A stretch of DNA of 62,986 nucleotides, counting the filler, from Dugesia japonica (lineage: Eukaryota), in the NCBI GenBank assembly GCA_001938525.1. It is 5 parts of 5 records of this genome, joined end to end, with 100 filler letters (N's around TTAATTAATTAA, not from the genome) between each part and the next. Parts side by side here need not be neighbours in the genome. Positions count along the whole stretch, not along the records: positions 1 to 11,630 come from MQRL01574090.1; positions 11,731 to 26,937 come from MQRL01582687.1; 3 more parts are not named here. One strand, written 5' to 3'. The notes under the pieces are model-generated. The model ran no database searches, was not told the origin of the DNA, and saw nothing but the letters and a program-made list of their open reading frames with translations. Of the stretch, positions 1-11,889 are shown piece by piece (position 1 is the first letter of the stretch; each line of letters begins with the position of its first letter). The translations under genes were made by a program, and so were the position numbers.

Positions 1-560
1 TTTGAAGAAACAGGCAGTGTTATGTATAGGAAAAAATCAGGATGTCCATCAAAGCAGAATGAACGATATGCTGTCGTCCAGGATGCTTTACAAAACAGTG
101 CATTAGAAATTGGCTTTACTTCTCCTAAAAGAATCTCAAAACAAACATCCCTCACAGCAGTGTATACCACATTCTTCGCAACAAACTGCGGTTATATCCC
201 TACTTATTCATGATACTACAAGAACTAAAATCAACTGATCCTCCCCTCCGACTGCATTTTGCGAAGTGTCTACTCAACAATTAGGAAAGGTTGAATAACA
301 TCTTGTGGAGCGATGAATGCCATTTTTATGTGAATGGTGCCATAAACAAAGAATTTTGTCATCAGGTCTGCGCAAAACCCAAGAGCATACTACACAATCC
401 CTTTGCATTCACAAAAAGTGACGGTATGGATTGGCGTCTCAAAACATTTTACTATTACCCCCTTTATCTACCATGAAACTGTCAATGACAAGTGCTATCT
501 TTCAATCATGAAAGAGCATGTTCTACCGGATTTGAGGAAAAATATTAAATTTTGTTCTGC
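1..560 (+). mobile_element. Tc1/mariner-superfamily transposase relic (frameshifted DDD/E domain fragment)
   Basis: Translated pieces ILWSDECHFYVNGAINK and HSQKVTVWIGVSKHFTITPFIYHETVNDKCYLSIM match the IS630-Tc1-mariner 'FSDEAHF...NKQN' and 'KVTVWCG...IGPYFF' motifs; spread over several frames. Confidence 0.8.
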
Positions 561-1503
561 TAATTTCATGTATATCAATATGATCCTGACAATTTTGTGT
601 GCTTACATTTTTGTATTTTACATGTATAATTTTATTTAAATGAAATATCAACTTCGTAAATTACATTATAATTATAGTATTTCATATAGTAAAACAAATG
701 TAAATAAATAAGAGCTATTAAAATTATAAGAACTTTGTTTAAATATCTAATCAAAATTTTAGTATTAAAAATGGTTTTATTTCAATTTTATGGATCTTAT
801 TTAAAACTTTGTAGAAAACATAAACAAATAAATTTGAATAAACAAATAATGATGTTATAGTTTCGATTGTGAATAAATTTTGCTATGGAATCGAGTTTGA
901 TATTAATTATCTCCAAACTCATCTAACATGACGTATTATAAAAAGTGAGGGCAGATGATAACTCACTCACTCTTGCTTTTAAAAAAATTGTTATCACTGT
1001 TTGTAATGATAACATATTTATAAAATAAATATCAAATTAATATTGTGATATTTGTTTAAATATTCATTTTGTGATAATAAATAAATATTCAAATTATTAT
1101 GAGTTTTGTTTATCACANTATTGTCAATTTTAGTTTTTATAAATGTAAAGCTGTTACGTTGCAGTCTTTTAAAATGTTATATATATTCAGTGTAAATAGT
1201 AATATTCACGATTTTTAAATTTCTAGTCTTAGCAGTTTGACTGCTTTAACATAATTGTCTTAGTGGTTTGTCAGCTGAAACAAACGCTTATAAAAATTGT
1301 AAATTGATGTGATATAATACAATTATTACAAATAAATCAATTTTCATTTTTAAACATATCGGTTATGTACAACTATTACCAAATCATAAAATCGATTGCA
1401 TCACTTAAAAGTATACATTTGTATGAGATATACTCTTTACCGAAGCCATTTATTGCTATAATACGTAACTTAGGCATAGTATCGAGTCTATTATATTAAA
1501 TTA

Positions 1504-1912
1504 CAGTGGAACATCTCAAAAGTGACCACCTCTATAAAATTTACTACTTCTAAAAGTATAATGAAATTCTTAAAGGTTAGCCTAAAAATTCATTAAAATA
1601 ATTAATAAAAAGTGAGCACCTGTAAAAAACAATTTCTTTTAAATAAAAAAAGTTTTATTTAGAAATAGAAAAGTTTTTTTTTTAAATAAATTAGAGTTAG
1701 TGGAAATTTTAAAAAGTGAATTATGGGAAAATTTAGTGAAAGACAGAACAAAAATATTATTGAGTATTTATTCAAATAAACATTTTAATATTCATTTTGT
1801 GTTCTGATTTATTAATAAATTTAGTATTTTTACCGTAGATTATAAAATGGTGACCACCTCCTAAAAAGTGACCACTTCTTGAGAAAGTGGTCACTTTTGT
1901 GAGGTTCCACTG
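1504..1912. mobile_element. MITE (Tc1/mariner-pogo type), ~410 bp, TA target duplication
   Basis: TA-CAGTGGAACATCTCAAAAGTGACCAC at the left end; GTGGTCACTTTTGTGAGGTTCCACTG-TA at the right end (terminal inverted repeat); internal AAAAGTGACCAC sub-repeats; no coding capacity. Second partial copy at 61988-62100. Confidence 0.85.
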
Positions 1913-2096
1913 TATAATTAACTCGAATACTTTGTTGTGTTTCCGTGTTTGACCAAGAGAACCACAACAAATATAATAAATACTTAAAATTATTATTTTA
2001 CATAAAATAAAATTTATCAGACAAAATCTTGATAATGAACACAATTAAATTTTTAAAAGATTTTATCAATAAACGCAATTTATTTTGCAGTATGTA

Positions 2097-5000
2097 TCAT
2101 TTTATATAAAATTTTCTTTCTTCATTACTACATAGCATGGCACCCAAGGCACTAGNAAATCCTAAATCCAAAAATTTATATTCGATTCCCATTGGAAATA
2201 ATGAATTTCTTTTTAAAATTTCTCTTTGAAACAGACTCGATTGGAAAAGATTGCCAGAAAGAAAAACCTTAATTATCAAAAATTTTCATCAAAGTTTATG
2301 ATATTAATTAAAATATTTAGAAAACAAATTCGTTTAATATGGAATAAATGGTTGTTCTTTTAATTGATTGATTACCGACAATATTGTTTAAAATGTTATT
2401 CGAGCCAACTGAAATCCTTGCAGTAATCAACCTGATACATTTCTTTATATTAAAGATTAAGGGATTTTTCCAAATGATGTTTATTTCAAATAGTAAACCT
2501 ATCCTAATAATATACTCTTTTCAAATATTTTTTATACCCGTCAATTATACTTGACAAATTTGTTTTAATAAATGTACGTTGTTTGACTTAACAATCGAAT
2601 TGATAATAATATATTTATTAATAACACAAAAAGACACATTATTATAAAGGTTTTTGAGAAATCGATTTTATAATAATATCCGGACACTATACATCATGTC
2701 CACACTCGTATATTCAATGATACATTCAACTGTTATCAGATACCTCTGTCAATTTACTCCATTAATATATAAAGATCAATATAGGAATAATATATAACTG
2801 ACAGTCATATTTCACGGATTACGAGAGAAAACAAGTCTGTTTATGCTCCAAAATGATGAAATTGGTTATCAAANNNNATGGCAAAATTCTTGATATATTA
2901 CATGAAAATCTACTTAAGAAGGATTATGAAATTAAGATTATCAGAGAATGCCTTCCAGCCTATTGTGATTTTCCCTGATTTACAACTGAATAAATCAAAT
3001 AAAAAATAAATACATTTTAATTGACGTAAAAAGCCTATTTGACACTAGATTGAGTTTTAGAGGAGCTGACTACCAAAATGGAGTTAAATATAAAAGCATT
3101 CTAATAGAAACAGAGAGGATTCTTTGGCAGACTTGGCAATACTATTGCACACGTTCATTGTAGGAAAGCGCGGGATTCTGGTTTAAAGTAAACAGAACAA
3201 CTCTTCATCCATTACGTTTCAAAAGCTCTGAGATAGATAGGATATNNNNNNNNNNNNNNNNNNNNNNNNNNNNNNNNNNNNNNNNNNNNNNNNNNCTATA
3301 AATGTGGTTTTTATGCAGCTAAAGATTCATACCGAGTCTGGAAGAATTTTTCTTAAAGTAAAAACAAAGATGAAAAACAAAATGGAAAGAAAAGAATGGA
3401 AAAATAAGAAAGAGTTAAGAGAATCATGCTTGTAGATAGCTGGCCGCGAACTATATTGCAGGCAGTAACTGCACATGTGGGGACAGTGTTAGGTCGTTGA
3501 GTCTTTTCGGTAAAAATTAAATCCGACAATATTTTTCATAAATTTGATATTTCATTCAATTAATATTTGTAACATGTAGATCTATAATATTTTTACTTAT
3601 CTATGCAAGATCATATATTAATAAAGCTTGATCAACTCTTATATTCCGCTCATCTTCTGGCCTAGAAGTATCATCTGAATTCAATTTTAAGTTTAATCTA
3701 GTTCTTGGACTTGTTTTAAATAATTTTAAATAATTGTTTTTGAATAAGTGTATTTCTCCTGGATACTTTTCATAGGCAAATGGTTTTAATATTTTATTAA
3801 CAAATGTTAAATTTTTAAGATTACCTCCGGTGCGAGTTGACCCAATCACCTTCTTTAAATATTCTACCACCCATTACTCTCATTTTAATATGCTTTTTTC
3901 TAATAATACCCAATAAATCATTCCTTTAAAGTCTGTATTTTTTGTTATGTGTAAAGATACTTCCACATTATTATTATTTAGTTTATCATCTTGAGCTCAA
4001 CCATCCATACAAAAGATGGAATTTAAAGTTCCAAAGTCTTTTAATAATAATTAAGAAATATTATTTCATTATTTTCAACATTAAATTCCATTCNGTTTAT
4101 TGAATAGTATGCATTATTTAAATATTTTTAGATTGTTATTGTAATGGCGNGGTTATAGTTCCGCGCTATTATTGCTCTATAATTTTGTAAAGCATTATTA
4201 TTGCATGGTTGTCGTGTGCGGCATTGATCGTGCTGTTTTAACGTGTCACAGAAAACATTGCAAAGTAATATATTGTAATTTTGCATGAATCCAAATAGAT
4301 TTTTTTCTCAAAGTATTCTATAAAGTTCTTTATTGCTTTATATATTTATTTTCCTTTATGAAAATTCATGTTTGCATTCAAACCATATTTTTGAAAATCT
4401 CTTTTATTATGATTTAGAATCTAATCTGTTAACTGACCATATTTTCTTTTATATGCTTATGAAATTAATACAAAATTTAACATGGTTGAAATTGTTTCTG
4501 GGTTATTTATTCATTCTACTTACGTCAATTTTATTTTAAATCTTATTGTTTAAATAAATTATGAAACAAATTATTTTCTAAAGTTGTTTTACTTACATCT
4601 GATAATTTTATTGATACTTTGTAACCACGGTGACCAATGTGGCTTTAGCAAAAGCCGGAAAAATATTATCAGTCTGGCAAAAATGTAGTTTAAAAAAATT
4701 TTAATTGAAAAATGCAATCCTCGGCACACAAGAATTTAATATTATCATACTCGTTTCCATATCATGTGGTAGGTGAATTTGGAAAACTCATAGAATCATT
4801 AACATNAGAATTCAACTCCATAAATTTATTAAAATAAAAACTATGCTTAACACTATTTTGTTTATTTAAACAAATTAAACTCCTGTGTTTTTATTGGTGA
4901 TCATTTTTCAAAATCGAAAACTGTAATTTATTTATTTAAATATAATTTATTTCAAGCATTTTATTTATTTAAAATTTAATACAAATTTTCTTTCATGTTT

Positions 5001-7274
5001 AAAAATTTTATTTATTAAAAATTTGATTTATTATTCAATCATCATTTTTGAATTTTTTTAAATTAAAACTTAATTTATTTATTTTAATTTAATTTATTTC
5101 AAACATTTTATTTATTTATTTAAAATTTAAGACAAATTTCCGTTTCCTCAAAAGTTTTAATTTATCATTAAAAGAAAATATTTGTTATTTAAATTCTTCA
5201 TCAATACTTTAAATCTTTCTTCCAAACAAAAGATTTTAAAAATATGATCACCAATCACACAAAACTTTTAACTCGCTTTTCTAAACACACTTACATCACT
5301 CTTTTTAAGAAATTTTTTGATCTTTTCTACGTTTCTTTCGAAACTTTCAGGATGTAATGTCTGTCGTGAACCTTTCCTTTGATCTTAAAGGGTCCTTCCA
5401 AGCGATCTTGGTTCTTGTTTCAATTTTCAGTAAGACTTCATCACCAACCTTGAATTGTCTTTTGGTCAATATCTCTTTATCTTGATATTTCTGCTCTCTT
5501 TGAGAATCTGTTTTATACCATTTTTCTCTTTACAAATATGATTTCTGGTGGTTTTCTGTTTTGTAGCATTCAAAGTAAATTCTATCTGTGGCAAGACATC
5601 AGCGTAATCTGAGGTTTTCCTTTCTTTGAGTGTCGCATTTATCATATCTCGCATTGTCCTCAACTGCCTCTCGATTTGTCCATTTGTGTTATGATGATGA
5701 GGACTCGAGAACTTGGGTGTAATTCCATGTTCAGCTTCAAAATCTTTCATTGATTTAGACTTAAATGCTCTTCAACAATCAACTCTAATTTTTCTCGGAC
5801 ACCCGAACTTTAATATCCACTTCTCCATTGTTGATTTTTGTATGGTATCGTCATCTTGTCTTGTCATTTCTATCAAGGCTATATACTTATTGCATTGATC
5901 TATTATACCGAGAACATATTTTTTCCGGTCTCTTGTCCCCGGCAGTGGTTCACACACATCTTTTAATAACAGTTCAAACATTTCGGCTGGCTGCGTCTGA
6001 TGATTAAATATTATTTTTGTTTAATCATTGTACGAATGAAATATTTGTATATGTGGTTAGATAATATGCTATCGTTTATTGATAATAACAAAGATGGTAC
6101 TCATTGCTAGAAAGTTATCTTCTATACAAATTGGATTTTATGATATCATTTTATGATATCTTTTTGAAAAGCCAATTAATAAAACTAAATAAAATATTAC
6201 TTTTTTGACTTTTTTCATAGAACATATTTGATTCCAAAACGATGAAATTAAAGAGCTTTGTAAACCAATTAATGACAACGATATATCGTTTTTTGAATAG
6301 TTTTCTAAATCAAAATTATTCTCAACACATTTTCCGAAAGAAAATATTGGTAATTCTGGTGGAAATGGTGATCTTTCATCACTAACAAACATTTCTTTTG
6401 CTAAAGTATCTACGTTTCTAATATCACCCTTTGACGCATAATTTATAATTTCATCATAGTTCTAAAATAATAATTAAATACAAACTAAAATTGAAAACTC
6501 TTAACATTTGTATCAATTAAACATTTTGCTAATCCCAAAAACGTTTTACTTCCGCTTTGTAAAACTTTAATTGGTTCTGCTAGACCGTTTTTGTTATAAT
6601 AAAAAGAAATCATTCCTGAACCAGAAATTCCAAGTAAAAACGGATAGATTGAAGAAGAGTTTTCCATTTTTTCATTATGTAAATCCAAATCTTTCTTCAT
6701 CTTTTCTGAAATCTAATTTTGCAAAATTAAAAATCATTTTTTTTGGTCAAATTAAATTTCTAACTTTATTTAATAATTCACCTTGAAATTGTCCTATTTT
6801 ATCAAAGGCTACTGGAGGATAAAAAACATTTTCTGGAGGTAATTTTTCCACAGCAATTTTATGGCCAACTACTGATGCTAAATCATCTTTAACGTAAACT
6901 ACATTTAATTTGAACACCTCTTCAATTTTTGCTCTATGAAAATAAGAGTTTTATTATATACTTTTAAAGAAAAAAGAAACCAACTTATTTTGGAGATAAT
7001 TTGCGCCTGTAATGTGAATACTTAAATTCGATTTTCCAGGTACAAATGAAACTTGTTTTAACCATACCAATGCGATTTCAAAATGCTCACTGTTGAAAGT
7101 AGTATACTGTAAAGTTACATCATGTATTTTTTCATCAATTAATTGATCTTGATTTTTTTTATGTAAAAAAATTAAATTTGTCAACGAACAACCACAATCG
7201 ATTCCAATTAAAATCCGATTTTCTAATAAACGACATTTTTCAAGTTTTATTTCACCTGATTTTAATGACTTCAT
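2097..7274 (-). CDS. Type II (eukaryotic/fumble) pantothenate kinase-like protein, divergent; 5 exons: 7274-6985, 6933-6782, 6705-6506, 6461-6201, 2267-2097 (357 aa)
   Basis: All introns are GT-AG with consistent phases, and the exons sum to 1074 nt. Motifs are colinear with PANK1-3: IGIDCGCSLTNL (GMDIGGTLVKL), HITGAN (ATGGG), YPFLLGISGSG (YPLLVVNIGSG), KTFLGLAKCL (GTFLGLCSLL), ASKGDIRNVD (ASKGDSTQAD), FSFGK (SSFGN), SKNDI (SKEDL), KVFLSGN (RVVFVGN), GFxSALGAM (GYFGAVGAL). Confidence 0.85.
2640..3245 (+). mobile_element. Non-LTR retrotransposon 3' relic (NeSL/Utopia/R2-type restriction-like endonuclease), inside PanK intron 4
   Basis: Degraded translation LIDVKSLFD...GVKYKSI...TFIVGKRG-W resembles the RLE 'IIDV..PF...K..KY...PFIVGSLGSW' motif. 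Confidence 0.55.
5270..6000 (-). mobile_element. Ty3/Gypsy integrase relic inside PanK intron 4
   Basis: KKYVLGIIDQCNKY, WILKFGCPRKIRVDC, FSSPHHHNTNGQIERQLRT (rve integrase core), followed by a GPF-like motif; frameshifted. Confidence 0.85.
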
Positions 7275-7699
7275 TTTTAAGAGATTTTCAAATATTTTGA
7301 TAAATTGATTGATTTGATAAACTGATTTTCATTAAAACTTTCTCAATAATGTTAACTGAAATTTTTAATGCTAATCTAACGTAAGAGTACTTTGATCTCT
7401 TATTAATTTTTAAAACTATTAAAGTACATTATAATTTTTTTTTTAATTACTCTTCAATTTTACANNNNNNNNNNNNNNNNNNNNNNNNNNNNNNNNNNNN
7501 NNNNNNNNNNNNNNNNNNNNNNNNNNNNNNNNNNNNNNNNNNNNNNNNNNNNNNNNNNNNNNNNNNNNNNNNNNNNNNNNNNNNNNNNNNNNNNNNNNNN
7601 NNNNNNNNNNNNNNNNNNNNNNNNNNNNNNNNNNNNNNNNNNNNNNNNNNNNNNNNNNNNNNNNNNNNNNNNNNNATTATTATTATTATTATTATTATA

Positions 7700-8230
7700 A
7701 AATCAATGCATAACAATAGTCCGTGAACAAGTAATGTGACTTATAAAAACATTACCTAATAGTGAAAACTTTGAATTTCATGATCCAAAAAAAGATATTT
7801 AAAAAGAGATTGGACTTTGAAGTTAGAAAACAATTAAAAACTATTTGTGGCCTTCCACTCAATGCTTCATCAGTATATCTTTACTTTTCAATTAAAATTG
7901 GTGGTTTGGGACTGGTATCTATTAGAGATTATTATGTCATCCAAGTCATTCTCCACACATTTCAAATTATCAGATGCAATGATCTCAAACTAAAATAGTC
8001 TCCAAACATTTATGCAATTATGGAATGAATTAATAAGGGTGACCGAGATAATTGACTCAAATCATGGTGAACTAAAACTCGAAATATTAATTAATAGTAT
8101 CAAGCACCTTAGTGAACACTGTGATTTAACTATTGTCTTTAAAAATAATTATTTTCATCTCTGTTTAGAACTTAAGGGTAGATTCAAACACGTCCTTCTT
8201 ACCGAAAACATTGATTAAAATTATAACAAT
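7700..8230 (+). mobile_element. Non-LTR retrotransposon RT thumb relic (NeSL/Utopia/R2-like)
   Basis: RLDFEVRKQLKTICGLPLNASSVYLYFSIKIGGLGL = typical 'LD..VR...K..L.LP......Y....GGLG' segment. Confidence 0.7.
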
Positions 8231-8599
8231 CTAGATACGACTCATGTTTTAGTCAGTATCTTTTAATGTTACACCATTTATATTCATGATATTGGTTTCA
8301 CTAAGAAGGTTGTAACATTTAGGTCTCAGAAAAATCCATTCCTTATATTGCTTAGTCTTATTCTCATCCTTAAATTTTTCAACTACTTAATTCAATATAT
8401 TGTTATTAAGTGGATGAAGTGTATTATAGTTAGACGTATTCAACAGATACTTTATTAATTGTGCAGTTCTTCTCTTTTCAATATCTTTCCAATTCAACAT
8501 ACTGTAATTGAAACATCTCATATAGTTTTAAAATAGTTTTTGTCTAATTTTGAAGTACTCTGAAATCTTAGGTCGTATTTAAATCAATATAATACTTCA

Positions 8600-8631
<32 letters not shown>

Positions 8632-8905
8632 TATCTTGTTTGAATTTCAAAATTTTAATTTCCAATTACAAATACAATTGTAGTACTACATATGATGTGT
8701 TAACANNNNNNNNNNNNNNNNNNNNNNNNNNNNNNNNNNNNNNNNNNNNNNNNNNNNNNNNNNNNNNNNNNNNNNNNNNNNNNNNNNNNNNNNNNNNNNN
8801 NNNNNNNNNNNNNNNNNNNNNNNNNNNNNNNNNNNNNNNNNNNNNNNNNNNNNNNNNNNNNNNNNNNNNNNNNNNNNNNNNNNNNNNNNNNNNNNNNNNN
8901 NNNNN

Positions 8906-9900
8906 AAAATCCTTATATATTAGTTTCTGACTCAAGGTTCATCCGTATAAATTATTAATAACAATACATAATAAATCAGTATTCCCATCAAAATCCACAT
9001 AATATTTATTAACAAATATATATTAACAAACCTCCTCTGGTTCCACCTTCAAATAAAGTGTACATGTCTTCTAATAGTTAGATGGATTTATCAAGGATCA
9101 TCAATGTAAATTCCCATTGCATACCGAAAAATGTTAGAAGTTCTAGTTTATTGTGTGTTAAAGACTTGGCTTTAAATTGCTGGAAGAAATCAGCTAATAG
9201 AGAAACATCTACCTTCAAATATACTATCACATAATCTAATAAGTTCCAACATCCATTGATTTTCCACATCTAAATAGCTTTAGTATATGAATTTTCGTTT
9301 ACTTCATTCCACCTGGGATGTATGCTTGTTGTCTGTTCAAGTATTTTTAAGCTAGCTGCGAGTTTATAGGGAAAATTTTCATTTGATTTTATAGTTTGAT
9401 TATCCTTAAATTCTCTGATTTTCAATGGAATTGTTTTATAGTTTTAATAGCTGATTGCAGAAAAGAACTAATAAAACGGTAAGTATCTATAAATTTGATT
9501 GTATTTAAAATTTTTGCAATCAAACACAAGAATTTGTCACTTGTTGTAGAAATGCGAGAAATTTCAAAGACTAGAACTTATCAAGTCTATATTTTAGGAT
9601 ATAATGTAAGTCATAACCTCTTAGATTGTGAAACAAAACCGATAATTCAAACAGGATTTTTCTACTTAAATTACATTTTCAATACGATGTTTCTAAGTAT
9701 TTTCCTGTGAAGTAATCATGATCTCGAACGAATTTTAATTGATTTCCTACATATATTAGAATCTAATTTTCTCAGTTAGGGTATTAATAATTGTTTAACT
9801 ATTTCCTTCATAATATGGTGGTACAATGTTTTTGGTTATGTTCTCAACCATCATTAAATTTTGAAAATGCATTTATAACTTATAAGTTGATCATACTTAA
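8906..9900 (-). mobile_element. Polinton/Maverick-type protein-primed DNA polymerase B relic (exonuclease to palm start)
   Basis: ENFPYK, LLDYVIVYLKVDVSLLADFFQQF and FEGGTRGGL motifs of pPolB; many stops. Confidence 0.7.
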
Positions 9901-10790
9901 TTTTATTACTTAGTTGTCAACAAAATATAATCCATCAGAAGTCAGAACATGTTTCTGATGATACTGCTGATCCTTTACTAATACCTATTCAAAATCTGAA
10001 TAAAGGACAAAGGGTGCTTTTTTCGTGTTAGACTGCTACTGCATGTAAAATTTTAACTTGCCAACACAACTATGTTACGGTTATAATGTGAGGGATGGTC
10101 TCAACTCAGTTAACATTAAAAATCTCTTAATGAAAAATAAAATACATTAATTACTTTTTTACATAAGTTGGGTATTCGATTAAATCCGCAGCAATCGAGT
10201 AAATTCAAAGTTTCACTGATCCTTGGAATTTAATTATTGACGTTAAAAATTATTTTATATTTTTCGATTGTTTTTCGTTAAAATATATTCATGAGAACAT
10301 TTCAATGTGTTCATTGTTTATTTATTTAACTCTTAACAATATAGTAATTGATCAATAATTTCCAATGAATATTGCAAGTTAAAAATAATTAAAATACATA
10401 ATAGACGTAAATAACCTTATCCAAATTTATTATATCATATTTTACAAGTGTATTTACATAATTATCCAATCAGATCATTTTGAAAATTTGTCCGAAAAAT
10501 GATATTCGGTCGTTAAGGATTAATTAAACATCACTTTAAAATATAGTTTGACGAATTTATTGAAATGCAGTGTATCGGTGCCAAAATGAATAACATATTA
10601 CACTAAGTTTAAAATTTCAAAAGTATTATAATTGAATTTTATTATCAGAAGTTTTGTATTTTTTCAAGTTTATTTTCATAATCTTACATAAATAGTTAAA
10701 AACAAATAAGTCCTTGATAAGCAGTTTTCGAGAATTTCTAATATTAAATTTGATTTAATTATCAAATAAATTAAAATAACAATCAATTCT

Positions 10791-10961
10791 TTATTTCATG
10801 TATAAATCTTTATCTTCATTAGAACACAACATAGCACCAAGCGCCCCTCCAAATCCTAAATTTAAAAATGATAACTCTATTCCGAGGTTATATCTTTTGT
10901 TTCTGCTCATTATTTCTTTATGAAACAAATTTGACTGGAATGTATTACCAGAGAGGTAAAT
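10791..10961 (-). CDS. Terminal exon of a second pantothenate-kinase-like paralog (upstream exons cut off by scaffold end)
   Basis: tttag|IYLSGNTFQSNLFHKEIMSRNKRYNLGIELSFLNLGFGGALGAMLCSNEDKDLYMK*. It is 171 nt, the same length and phase as exon 2267-2097, and clearly homologous to it. Confidence 0.8.
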   Translation of the reverse strand: MYLSGNTFQSNLFHKEIMSRNKRYNLGIELSFLNLGFGGALGAMLCSNEDKDLYMK

Positions 10962-11247
10962 CTAAATATTAATTTTAGGAATTAAGATATTATATAGTCA
11001 GAATATATTATCTAGAAATTTTGCATATTCCGAAAAAAACAAATATCGGTATTAGTTATTCATTATCCATTTCAGAAAGGAATGGATAATTAATAGAATG
11101 TGATTCTTTACAGTTCTGACACTCCTAGAAAATATCAATATTGTTTATTGAGAATTTAAAACAACATCATTAATAAATTCGTTTTTAACAACAAATAATT
11201 TTTATTTCAAAAAATCAAGCAAAAATCAAAGTTGATGGCCATTTCTT

Positions 11248-11280
11248 TTCAGTATTTCGGCATAGCCTTCTTCAAGAATT
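11248..11280 (-). ncRNA. Variant minimal hammerhead ribozyme motif (Penelope type)
   Basis: Minus strand reads ttc-TTGAAGA-A-GGC tat GCC-GAAA-ta-ct-gaa: perfect stem II, but C3>U in the core and a non-canonical cleavage site. Confidence 0.45.
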
Positions 11281-11630
11281 GTTGTTCAGTTGCAACAAAT
11301 TATTTGTTGTTAAAAACGAATTTATTTATTGACAGATCAATAGTTTTTTAAAAACATAATTTAAGTTTTAAAACAATTTAAAAACTAGATTTAACATCAT
11401 TAATGTTTAATTAAATTATTTATTAATTTCAATAATTTAAAAGCTTAGATTAAAATGTTGTTTTCTTGGTTTGATGACATTAAATCACGTGATAGTTAAC
11501 CACTCAACAGTTATTCACGAACATTTAATCACTCGACACTTAATCACTGATAAATAAAATAAGCATCAATGTACATTATTAATTTATTAATTAATCATTA
11601 TGATTTAATTTAATCCCCGAAATTACATCA

Positions 11631-11730
11631 NNNNNNNNNNNNNNNNNNNNNNNNNNNNNNNNNNNNNNNNNNNNTTAATTAATTAANNNNNNNNNNNNNN
11701 NNNNNNNNNNNNNNNNNNNNNNNNNNNNNN
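11631..11730. other. Artificial scaffold-concatenation spacer (44N + TTAATTAATTAA + 44N)
   Basis: Exactly 100 nt with a stop-in-all-frames 12-mer in the centre; the identical construct recurs 4 times. Confidence 0.9.
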
Positions 11731-11796
<66 letters not shown>

Positions 11797-11889
11797 GAAA
11801 AAAGACGTGTCATTAATATTAAGTATTTATTTAAGAATATATATTTTGTATTATTCAAACAAAATTGACTATTTAAATAAAAACTATTT

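Noticed and set aside
10791-10961. Mutually exclusive last exon of the 7274-2097 PanK gene
   Set aside because: It lies upstream of that gene's start codon on the minus strand, so it cannot be spliced as its last exon.
11675-11686. TTAATTAATTAA as a piggyBac footprint or conserved motif
   Set aside because: It is always centred in exactly 44N+44N, so it is an assembly linker.
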